DNA from: Polyangiaceae bacterium
Lineage (GTDB): Bacteria > Myxococcota_A > Polyangia > Polyangiales > Polyangiaceae
Assembly (NCBI GenBank): GCA_035063585.1
Contig: JAPSGB010000009.1
Location: forward strand, 32,001-96,000
Reading direction: 5' to 3'
Length of the DNA stretch: 64,000 nucleotides
A program made the translations under genes and the position numbers. The stretch's first letter is position 1. Each line of letters starts with the position of its first letter. Below, piece after piece: positions 20,316 through 28,786 of this stretch. The notes under the pieces are model-generated. The model saw only the letters and a list, made by a program, of their open reading frames with translations, was not told where the DNA came from and searched no databases.

Positions 20316-21917
20316 CTAACGTCGCTTCAACGTCTCACATCGGAGCGCTCCTCCGAGCACACGGACCTCCCCTGTCCAGCGCGAGCCGTCCTCGTATGCG
20401 GCCCACTTCGCGGGCTCATCGAAGGTGCACTGAGCGGTACCCTTCGCGTCCGGGAGCTTGAACGTCACGGTGTACTTCTCGGTGCGCTTTCCCACCCGCT
20501 CGCAGCCGACGCACTGTCCCTCGCGCGCGAGGGTGACCGCGGGCCAGTGAGGCTCGGGCGTCACGCCTGTGCCGACCGCGTGCTCGACGCGCGCGCTCGC
20601 CCATTGGTCGAGCGTGTAGTCACACTTGTCGTCGTAGACGGGCGTCTCCTTGTACTTCGGCTGGCACACCTCCTTCTCGGCGTAGGTGCCGTCGCCGCGA
20701 TCGATCTTCTTGGTGTGGCAGTCCTCGCCGTCGGGTTGCTTCGTCGTCGAGCGCTGCTCCCGGTGGCGAGCGATCCCTCGCGCGCCGCTCGGCAGCTCGT
20801 CACACCAGGCCGACTCCTTCACCGGCCCGAAACGTTCGACGACGACCTCACGCTTCCACTCGTGACCGGCCACCTCGAGCGCGGCCTCCCGGGTCAAGAA
20901 CAGGAATGCCGCGACCGCTCCGAGCGCGAGCACCAGGAGCGCGACGCACCCGATCGCGAAGAACTTCGAAGTGTGACGCTGCTTCGCCGGCGCGGGCAGC
21001 CCGGTCGGCGCGCTGGGCGGCGCAGCCACCAGCCCGACGTCGGTCGCGCCGCCCAGCGGCGCGCCGCAACCTCCGCAGTGCTTCGCGGCGCGACCGCTCG
21101 CGGTGCCGCAGTATTCGCAACGCTTGTCCGTCCCGACGTACTCGTGATCTTGGACGGCGACCTTCTCGTCATCCGGCGGGAAGTAGCGGCGGGTCGCATC
21201 TTGGGCTGCGCCACACGCCGGACAGTGGCGGTGAGTGAGGCCGAGGTTCTTCCGCTGCCCGCAGAAGCCGCAGTCCCACGCCATCTCGTAGATCTTCTCG
21301 GTGGACGACTCGGCCACCTGGGCCCCGGGAGAGCCGGCGCCCAGCGCGAGCGAGTCGAGCGAGACCAGCTCGACGCCGCGCTCGGCGAGCCGCGGCGCGG
21401 CGAGCGCGAGCACCTGGGCAGCGACGCGCGCGGAGCCTTCCGGTCCCGCCCACTCGGACGGGGCACGGCCCTCGGCCGCGGCTGCCGCGGCCAGGCGGTC
21501 GACCGCGTCGCGCACGATGGCTCCCGCCCACGCTTCGAGCGAGCCCGCGGCGCCGTCGAGGACCACCCGGAGCGCCGCGGCGGGGTCCACCACCCGGAGC
21601 GTGAGCTCGGCGCTGAACACAGCCGCCGGCGCGGCGCCGCTCACCCGGACGCGCGGAATGGGGCTCATGGCGATGAACCAGGGCTCGACGTCGAGCGAGC
21701 CATCGGGCAGGCTCGCGGGCGCGAGGAACGGCAGGGCCGCGGGCGTCAGCGGATAGCGCCCCGCGCCCATGAGACCGAGGAGCTGACCAGCGCGGACGAA
21801 GGCGACGACGTCGGTGGCTTCGCAGCCGAGCTCGCTCCCGGGCGGTAGCGGCCTCGAGGGGAACTTGAAGAAGCACTCCGCGCGATGCGCGGGATCGCGA
21901 GCGACCCACTCTCTCAT
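20316..21917 (-). CDS. SPFH(YdjI)-like + double zinc ribbon + TM + Cys-rich extracellular domain protein
   Basis: The N-terminus resembles band-7/YdjI (VAFVRAGQ…GRYPL). CGFC, CPAC, CEYC and CGGC motifs. One TM segment. Confidence 0.65.
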   Translation of the reverse strand: MREWVARDPAHRAECFFKFPSRPLPPGSELGCEATDVVAFVRAGQLLGLMGAGRYPLTPAALPFLAPASLPDGSLDVEPWFIAMSPIPRVRVSGAAPAAVFSAELTLRVVDPAAALRVVLDGAAGSLEAWAGAIVRDAVDRLAAAAAAEGRAPSEWAGPEGSARVAAQVLALAAPRLAERGVELVSLDSLALGAGSPGAQVAESSTEKIYEMAWDCGFCGQRKNLGLTHRHCPACGAAQDATRRYFPPDDEKVAVQDHEYVGTDKRCEYCGTASGRAAKHCGGCGAPLGGATDVGLVAAPPSAPTGLPAPAKQRHTSKFFAIGCVALLVLALGAVAAFLFLTREAALEVAGHEWKREVVVERFGPVKESAWCDELPSGARGIARHREQRSTTKQPDGEDCHTKKIDRGDGTYAEKEVCQPKYKETPVYDDKCDYTLDQWASARVEHAVGTGVTPEPHWPAVTLAREGQCVGCERVGKRTEKYTVTFKLPDAKGTAQCTFDEPAKWAAYEDGSRWTGEVRVLGGALRCETLKRR

Positions 21918-21965
21918 CGTGGCGCGCATTATTTCCCGCCGAGCGCTGCGCTGGCTATCGAAAAC

Positions 21966-22628
21966 TCAACGCTTCAGCTTGAACACCGGCCAGCTGTACG
22001 CCTTGGCGAGGAGCGCGAGCCTCGGGTCGGGGTTCACCGCCGCCGGATGGCCCACCACGCTGAGCATCGGCAAGTCCGAATAGCTATCGCTGAAGGCGAA
22101 GCAGTCGGCGAGATCGTAGCCGCGGGCGCGAGCGTGCTCGCGGATGAGCCGCGCCTTCTCGGGCCCCGCGACCACCGGCTTCTCGAGCTTGCCGGTCGCC
22201 TTCTCCCCCTTCATCTCGAGGCGGTTCGCGATGACGTGCGTCGCGCCGAGGTGCGTGGCGAGGCGTCGCACGATGAAATCGAGCGCGCCCGAGATGAACA
22301 CCACCTCGTTGCCGTGGCTCAGGTTGTTCTCTACGAGCTCCCGCGCGTCCGAGTAGAGCGCGGGGCGGATGACCTCGTCGAAGACCTCTTCGGCGAGGAG
22401 CACGAGGCGATCCTCGCTCATTCCAGCGTAGGTGCTGTAAAGGAGCTCGTTGAACGTCCGGCGGTCGACCAGCTCGGCGAGCCCCATGGCGGGCGCGCGG
22501 AGGAGCGCGCGCCCGATGCGGCGCGCGGTCGCGAGCGGGGTCCCCTGGTTCTTGAGATAGTACCAGGTCGGCTGGACGAGGTTCGTCGACACCAGCGTGC
22601 CGTCGATGTCGAAGTAGCTGGCCGCCAC
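21966..22628 (-). CDS. HAD-IB family hydrolase (SerB-like)
   Basis: FDIDGTL, ISGA, FSDSYSDLPML and AVNPD. Confidence 0.92.
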   Translation of the reverse strand: MAASYFDIDGTLVSTNLVQPTWYYLKNQGTPLATARRIGRALLRAPAMGLAELVDRRTFNELLYSTYAGMSEDRLVLLAEEVFDEVIRPALYSDARELVENNLSHGNEVVFISGALDFIVRRLATHLGATHVIANRLEMKGEKATGKLEKPVVAGPEKARLIREHARARGYDLADCFAFSDSYSDLPMLSVVGHPAAVNPDPRLALLAKAYSWPVFKLKR

Positions 22629-22690
22629 GGACCCTCCTCGTGCGCTCGGGCCCGCGCAAAGTCAAGGCTTCTGCTAGAAACCTCCCCGCC

Positions 22691-23824
22691 ATGCAGCTCA
22701 TCGACTCTCACTCGGGGCTCGAAGACGCCTGTCGAGCGCTCTCCGGCGCGCCGCGGCTCTACCTCGACACGGAATTCGAGTCCTCGCGCGAGGGCAAGCT
22801 CCTCAGCCTGGTTCAGCTCACCCGTGGCCGAGAAATCTACCTCGTGGACGCCCTCCGCCTCCGCGCGCTCGAGCCGCTCGCGCGCGTGCTCGGTGACACC
22901 GAGTGGGTGCTCCACGCCGGCGCGCAGGACGTGCCGCTCTTGGTGGAGCGGCTCGGGCTCCGCGAGCCCCCGCCCCTCTTCGATACGCAGGTCGCCTGGG
23001 CGCTCATCGGGCCCGAGTACTCGGTGTCGCTCGCCTATCTCGAACATCGCCTGCTCGGGCTCCGCGCCGAGAAGACCCACCAGCTCGACGACTGGAAGCG
23101 GCGCCCCTTGCCGCCCGCGCAGCTCAGTTACGCGGCCGCCGACGTCGAGCACCTCGAGGAGCTCCAGCGACGCCTCTCGGAGCGCGCCGCGGCGCTCGGG
23201 CGCGCGGAGGTGATCGCGGAGGCGTCGCGCGAGCTCTTGTGGCCAGCGCCCGAGCCGCCCACGCGGCTCAGCCTCGACAGCTTCCGCAACGCCTGGCAAC
23301 TCGATCCGCACGGTCAGGCCGCGCTCCGCTGCTTGGTGTCCTTCTGTAACGCGCTGCCGGAGCGCGAGCGGCCCTTCGCGCCGGAGACGAAGACGCTCCT
23401 CGCCATCGCGAGCCGCCTCCCGGAGAGCGGCGACGAGCTCGCGCGGCTGAAGGGCGTCCCGAGGCGGTTCGCCGCCGAGCACGGCGAGCACCTGGCCGGG
23501 CTCATCATGCGGGCGACCGCCGAGGCCGACGCGGCGGACTTCGTGCCTATCGAGCCGCCCCCCTACGCGACCTTCGAGGAGATCCGCGTCGACGGCTGGC
23601 TCTCGCTCGCGCGGGCGTCCCTCTCCGAAGAGCTCAGCATCGCGCCCGAGCTCGCGCTACCGTCGCGCGTGCTGCGTCCCATGCGCGATGCGATGCTCGG
23701 CGAAGGCCGCGCAGACGCCGCCCTCGCGGGGCTCGAGGGCTGGCGGGCGCGCGTGCTCGGCCCGGCATTTCGACGCTACGCCGAGGCGCACCCGCCGGAT
23801 CTTCGCGCCAGCGCGCGCGCGTGA
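22691..23824 (+). CDS. rnd: Ribonuclease D
   Basis: LDTEF, HAGAQD, FDTQVA, DWKRRPL and YAAADV, plus an HRDC-like region. Confidence 0.9.
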   Translation: MQLIDSHSGLEDACRALSGAPRLYLDTEFESSREGKLLSLVQLTRGREIYLVDALRLRALEPLARVLGDTEWVLHAGAQDVPLLVERLGLREPPPLFDTQVAWALIGPEYSVSLAYLEHRLLGLRAEKTHQLDDWKRRPLPPAQLSYAAADVEHLEELQRRLSERAAALGRAEVIAEASRELLWPAPEPPTRLSLDSFRNAWQLDPHGQAALRCLVSFCNALPERERPFAPETKTLLAIASRLPESGDELARLKGVPRRFAAEHGEHLAGLIMRATAEADAADFVPIEPPPYATFEEIRVDGWLSLARASLSEELSIAPELALPSRVLRPMRDAMLGEGRADAALAGLEGWRARVLGPAFRRYAEAHPPDLRASARA

Positions 23825-23854
23825 GGGCTCACCGCACCCCTCCCCGTGCGCGGC

Positions 23855-24820
23855 TCACCGATCGAGCAGATACGCCGCGATCAGCGGGAACACGATGGTC
23901 GCGTCCGACTCGATCACGAAGCGCGGGGTGTCGACGTCGAGCTTCCCCCAGGTAATCTTCTCGTTGGGCGGCGCGCCACTATAGGAGCCGTAAGAGGTCT
24001 TCGCCTCTGAGATCTGGCAGAAGTATCCCCACGTGCGGCAGTCTTCCTCCAAGTCCTGGGTGATGAGCGGCACCACGCACACCGGAAAATCCCCTGAGAT
24101 CCCGCCGCCGATCTGGAAGAAGCCGACACGCGACTCCGCGTCGGTCGCCTGGTACCAGTCGATGAGCGTCGTCATGTACTCGATGCCCGTCTTCATGATG
24201 GCGGGCGAGCAGATTCGGCGATAGGTCGCCGCGGCGAACACGTTGCCGAGCGTGGAGTCTTCCCAGCCCGGGCACACGATGGGCAGGTTCTTCTTCGCTG
24301 CCGCGAGCATCCACGAGCCCGACGGGTCGATCTGATAGGCGCCCTCCAAGCGCTCACTCCTGAGGAGTTGATAGAGGTACTCGTGCGGGAAGTGGCGCTC
24401 GCCCTGGCGCTCGGCGTGCGTCCAGAGCTCGAGCATGTGGTGCTCGACGGCCCGCATGGCGGCGCCCTCCGGGATGCAGGTGTCGGTGACCCGGTTCAAG
24501 CCGGCGTCGAAGAGCGCCTTCTCTTCTCTCGGGGTGAGGTCGCGGTAGTGGGGGATGCGCCGATATCCCTCGTGCGCGACCAGGTTGAAGACGTCCTCCT
24601 CGAGGTTCGCGCCGGTGACGCACATGCCATGGACCTTGTCCTGGCGAATGAGCTCGGCGACCACCAGCCCGAGCTCCGCGGTGCTCATCGCGCCGCCCAT
24701 CGTGAGCAGCATCTTGCCGCCCTCGTCGAGGTGCGCTTCCCAGGCTCGGGCCGCATCGATCAGCGCAGCTGAGTTGAAATGTCGAAAGTGACGGACGATG
24801 TAGTTTCTGACGGATCCCAT
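23855..24820 (-). CDS. Deoxyhypusine synthase family protein
   Basis: GAMSTAELG, TGANLEED, QIGGGISGD and GSYSGAPPNEKITWGK. Confidence 0.92.
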   Translation of the reverse strand: MGSVRNYIVRHFRHFNSAALIDAARAWEAHLDEGGKMLLTMGGAMSTAELGLVVAELIRQDKVHGMCVTGANLEEDVFNLVAHEGYRRIPHYRDLTPREEKALFDAGLNRVTDTCIPEGAAMRAVEHHMLELWTHAERQGERHFPHEYLYQLLRSERLEGAYQIDPSGSWMLAAAKKNLPIVCPGWEDSTLGNVFAAATYRRICSPAIMKTGIEYMTTLIDWYQATDAESRVGFFQIGGGISGDFPVCVVPLITQDLEEDCRTWGYFCQISEAKTSYGSYSGAPPNEKITWGKLDVDTPRFVIESDATIVFPLIAAYLLDR

Positions 24821-24928
24821 CTCTCTCCCGGTTCTGGGGCGCGAGCCCGCGTCTTCTCGCTGTTTCACCCAACCGGACGAGGTTCGCTCTGTCAACCCCC
24901 AGGACGCGCGGCGCGCCCCTCGCGCGCG

Positions 24929-25594
24929 TCAGGACTTCCGCGAGAGGCGGAACACGCGCTTGCCGTCCTTCTCGTAAGGCGGCTGAATTTCGAGCGTTTC
25001 GAGCACGAGCTCGCGGATGCGGCCCGCGCCGGAGAGATCGCGGATGTGCAGCCGCGAGCCGCGCGCGGAGAGCACGTCGCAGAGCCCAAACGCGAAATGG
25101 AGCACGCGATCACCACCCTTCGGCACCGGCGCCGGCGCCGGCGCATCGCGGCTCTCCGCCGCCGCCACCGCGCTCGCGGCCGCCGCCCACGGGTGCTTCG
25201 CGGGCGAGGCGGCGCGCGCGCCGAGCTCCGCGCTCGGCCGAGGGGGCGCGTCTGCCGCGGTGGGCTCGCTCGCGGCATGCTCGGCGAACACGGTCGCCGA
25301 CACGAAGAGCGTCACGCCGAACGCGCGAGCGCGCGCGAGGTGTCCGGCGACGACCGGTTCGCCGTCACGCGCGAGCACGACCCCGTACGGGCCGCCCGCC
25401 GGTCCGCCGAGCGACGCGACGGCGTGCCGTCCGCGCGCGCGGCGGAGCGGGTACTTGCCGTCGCCGCCGACCCGCACCTCGGCGTCTTCGACGAACCCGG
25501 TACCGGTGATCCAGCCCTCGACGCCGCGCGCGGCCTCGGCGAGCGCCTCTCCGAGCTCGGCCTCGTCGGGGACGGAGACGATTCGACTCTGCAT
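24929..25594 (-). CDS. Hypothetical protein: PPC(DUF296)-like N-domain + Tudor/SH3-like C-domain
   Basis: WITGTGFV…VASLGG…VVAGHL, an Ala/Pro linker, then GDRVLHFAFGLCDV. Confidence 0.6.
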   Translation of the reverse strand: MQSRIVSVPDEAELGEALAEAARGVEGWITGTGFVEDAEVRVGGDGKYPLRRARGRHAVASLGGPAGGPYGVVLARDGEPVVAGHLARARAFGVTLFVSATVFAEHAASEPTAADAPPRPSAELGARAASPAKHPWAAAASAVAAAESRDAPAPAPVPKGGDRVLHFAFGLCDVLSARGSRLHIRDLSGAGRIRELVLETLEIQPPYEKDGKRVFRLSRKS

Positions 25595-25607
25595 CTCGGC
25601 CGTCCCT

Positions 25608-26456
25608 CTAGCGCGTCGCGCCGAGCGCGGCGAGCGCTCGATCGACCGAGCCGAGGTATCCCGCGCCGAACAGCCCCACATGCACGAGGAGGGGATAGAG
25701 CTGATAGAGCGGGACTCGCTCGGCGTGTCCTGCGGCGAGAGGGTAGGCCTCGGCGTAGGCGTCGAACACCCGCTCCGAGAAGCCGCCGAAGAGGCGCATC
25801 ATCGCGAGATCCACCTCCCGGTGGCCGCCGTACGCGGCGGGATCGATGAGACACGGCTCGCCCTCCGGCGCGCGGTGGAGGTTGCCGCTCCACAGGTCGC
25901 CGTGCAGTCGCGCGGGCCGCTCGGCGGGGCCCACGAGCTCCGGGAGTCGTGCGAACAGGCGCTCGAAGCGGTCGCGACGCGCGAGATCGAGCTCGCGAAC
26001 GAGCGGCGCCAGCCGTCGAGCACGATAGAACGTCGGCCAGTCGGGCTCGGGCGTGTTGTCCTGGGCGAGTCGCCCGATGAAGTTCGGATGCTCGAGCCCG
26101 AACCGGGGCGCGCCCGCGCGGTGGAGCGCCGCGAGCCCGCGCCCGAGCGCCTCGTCGAAGCCCGCGCACGGCGCCCCCGGCTCGAGGTACTCGAGCGCGA
26201 GGAACGGCACCTCCGAACCGACCGCGAGCACCTCCGGGACACGGAGCGCGCGCGCCTCGGCGAGCCAGGCGAGGCCGCGTGCCTCGGCCAGGAACATCGA
26301 CGGAGCCGCGCTCGGGAGCGACTTCACGAACACCCGCCGGCCATCGGCGAGCTCCACCAAGAACGCCTCGCTGATGTCTCCCCCCGCGAGGCGTCGAGTA
26401 CGCCCGAGCTTCGCGCCGAGCGCTCGCTCGACCGCGCCGCGGAGGCGCTCATCCAT
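25608..26456 (-). CDS. Fructosamine/ketosamine-3-kinase family
   Basis: GGDIS, VFVK, EARGL, LHGDLWSGN, IDPAAYGGHREVDLAM and LYQLYPLLVH. Confidence 0.93.
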   Translation of the reverse strand: MDERLRGAVERALGAKLGRTRRLAGGDISEAFLVELADGRRVFVKSLPSAAPSMFLAEARGLAWLAEARALRVPEVLAVGSEVPFLALEYLEPGAPCAGFDEALGRGLAALHRAGAPRFGLEHPNFIGRLAQDNTPEPDWPTFYRARRLAPLVRELDLARRDRFERLFARLPELVGPAERPARLHGDLWSGNLHRAPEGEPCLIDPAAYGGHREVDLAMMRLFGGFSERVFDAYAEAYPLAAGHAERVPLYQLYPLLVHVGLFGAGYLGSVDRALAALGATR

Positions 26457-26944
26457 CAGAGCCCGCGCTCGCCCCGCACGTGCGCGAGGAGCCCCGCGCA
26501 GGCCGCGAGGCAAATCTCGAGCACCTCGTCGAAATCGCGCTCGCCCCCGTAATACGGATCCGGGACGTCCCGCTCGGGGCTTCCTCGCTCGAAGGCGCGA
26601 AGCAGCCGGATCTTTTGTCGGTCCGGCGCGGAACCGGGCGCGGCGAGCGCCTCGAGCGCGTCACGGTTGTCGCGATCCATGGCAATGACGTGGTCGAAGC
26701 GCGCGAAATCGCCGCGCTCGAACTGGCGCGCCGCGCCCCCGACGACGATACCCATTCGCCGGGCGGCGGCTCGCGCCCGTGCGTCCGGCGGCTGCCCCAC
26801 GTGAAACCCGCTGAGGCCGGCGCTCTCGAGCAGGAATGCGTCGGCGAGCCCCGCCTCTCGGACCAGGTGCCGCATCACGCCCTCCGCGGTCGGCGAGCGG
26901 CAGATGTTACCGAGACATACGAAGCAGATGCGAGTCTTTTCCAT
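26456..26944 (-). CDS. Low-molecular-weight protein-tyrosine phosphatase
   Basis: CLGNICRS P-loop and DPYY. Confidence 0.95.
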   Translation of the reverse strand: MEKTRICFVCLGNICRSPTAEGVMRHLVREAGLADAFLLESAGLSGFHVGQPPDARARAAARRMGIVVGGAARQFERGDFARFDHVIAMDRDNRDALEALAAPGSAPDRQKIRLLRAFERGSPERDVPDPYYGGERDFDEVLEICLAACAGLLAHVRGERGL

Positions 26945-26995
26945 GTGGAGCTGGCGAACCGAGCGGGCGGCGCACGGCCGCCCGCTCCGAGGAGC

Positions 26996-28726
26996 TCAGA
27001 GCACGTCCCAGCCGTAGCCCTCGCGCTCGAAGGCGTGATCGGCGATGGCCTTGATGTGCTCGTCGTCGTTGTCGTCGACGAGCCGCGCGTTCCGCTCCAC
27101 GCGACCCCGCACCTGCCCGGCGAGCACACCCACCAGCTCGAGCTCCTGCGCGGAGGCCTCCGCGCCGCGCGCTCTCACGGCGGCGTCCACTCGGGAAATC
27201 GTGCAGGCGAGCACGAAGAGATCAATCATGATGTTGGCGAGACGGCGCGAGGCAAACTGCTTGCCGATGATGTTCTTGCCGTGCTTTCGGAGGATGCGGT
27301 CGACCGCCGTGGCGAGGCTCCGCGTCTGCTCCTCGAACACCTTGACGGGCGCGGCGAGCGCCGGATCGAGCCCGCCGAAGCGGCCTCGCTCACGGGTGAC
27401 GCCGGTGGCGAGCGAGGCGCGCCGCAGCGCGTAGTCGCGCAAGACGCCGAACCCCTTGATGGGATCGTTGAAGATCTGCTGCGCGCTCGTGGCGAGCTCC
27501 TTGAGCTCGCTCGCCGCGTCCCTCATGGCCGTGAGCGCGATGAAGAGCCGCAAGACCTCATTGGTGCCCTCGAAGATCCGGTTGATCCGGCAGTCTCTCA
27601 TGATGCGCTCGTACGGGAGCTCGCGCATGTAGCCGACGCCACCGGCGATCTGGAGCGCTTGATCCGCCGTGACGAAGAGCGCTTCGGAGGCGAACACCTT
27701 GCTGATGGCGGCCTCGACCGCGTAGTCCTCGTAGCCTTGATCGCTGAGGCCCGCGACCATGTTCACCACCGACTCCGACGCGTAGCAGTCGATGATCATC
27801 TGGCCGACCTTGTGCTTGACGAGCCCGTACGACCTGATGGGCTGCCCGAACTGGTGGCGCTCGTTCGCGTGGCGGGTCGCCAGCTCGATGAGGTGCTTCA
27901 TCGCGCCGATGGAGCCGCCCCCGAGCCCCGAACGGCCGCTGTTCAGGATGTTCATCGCGACCTTGAAGCCCTTGTGCACCTCGCCGAGCACGTTCTTCCC
28001 GGGCACCCGCACGTTCTCGAAGCTCACGGTGGTGGTCGAGCTCGCGCGAAGACCCATCTTGTCCTCGTGAGGGCCGTTCGAGACTCCACCCATGTCGCGG
28101 GTCACCAGGAAAGCGGTGATGTGATGCTCGCCGGTGCGAGCGAACACCGTGAAAAAGTCCGCGATCCCGCCGTTCGTGATCCAGAGCTTCTCGCCGTTCA
28201 GGATCCAGTCGTCGCCGTCCGGCTCGGCGCGGGTACGGATCGAGGCGGCGTCCGAGCCGGCGCCCGGCTCGGTGAGGCAGAACGCGGCGATGAGCTCGCC
28301 GGTCGCGAGCTTCGAGTAGTAGCGCTCCCGCTGCTCTTCGGTCCCGAACAGCAAGAGGCCACGCATGCCGATCGAGCTGTGCGCGCCGACGGTGACCGCG
28401 ACCGAGGCGTCGTAGCGAGCGATCTGCTGGAGGGCGCGCGAGTAGGCGGCGCTGCCGAAGCCGAGCCCGCCGTGCTGCTCGGGGATGACCAGGCTGAACA
28501 TCCCGAACTGGCGCAGCTCCTCGATGAACTCCGCCGGGAACTCGCCGGCGACGTCCCACTTCGGATAGTCCGCTCGGTGTCGGCCGAGGAGGTCGTCGAT
28601 GGAGGCGATGACGCCGCTCAGCGTCTCCTTGTCGGCGTCGCGCATCGCCGGGAACGGGGTGATCACGTCTTCGCGGATGTCGCCCATCGCGAGCGAGCGC
28701 ATGAAGCTCACGTCCTTGTCGGCCAT
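26996..28726 (-). CDS. Acyl-CoA dehydrogenase (VLCAD/ACAD9-like)
   Basis: FCLTEPGAGSD, GEKLWITNG, RHQFG, GGVGYM and RIFEGTNE, with a long C-terminal extension. Confidence 0.95.
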   Translation of the reverse strand: MADKDVSFMRSLAMGDIREDVITPFPAMRDADKETLSGVIASIDDLLGRHRADYPKWDVAGEFPAEFIEELRQFGMFSLVIPEQHGGLGFGSAAYSRALQQIARYDASVAVTVGAHSSIGMRGLLLFGTEEQRERYYSKLATGELIAAFCLTEPGAGSDAASIRTRAEPDGDDWILNGEKLWITNGGIADFFTVFARTGEHHITAFLVTRDMGGVSNGPHEDKMGLRASSTTTVSFENVRVPGKNVLGEVHKGFKVAMNILNSGRSGLGGGSIGAMKHLIELATRHANERHQFGQPIRSYGLVKHKVGQMIIDCYASESVVNMVAGLSDQGYEDYAVEAAISKVFASEALFVTADQALQIAGGVGYMRELPYERIMRDCRINRIFEGTNEVLRLFIALTAMRDAASELKELATSAQQIFNDPIKGFGVLRDYALRRASLATGVTRERGRFGGLDPALAAPVKVFEEQTRSLATAVDRILRKHGKNIIGKQFASRRLANIMIDLFVLACTISRVDAAVRARGAEASAQELELVGVLAGQVRGRVERNARLVDDNDDEHIKAIADHAFEREGYGWDVL

Positions 28727-28786
28727 GGCGAGATCCTGGAGCAAGCGCCCCGCGTCGCCAAGCCAATTGGGCGCCCCGCGCCGAGG

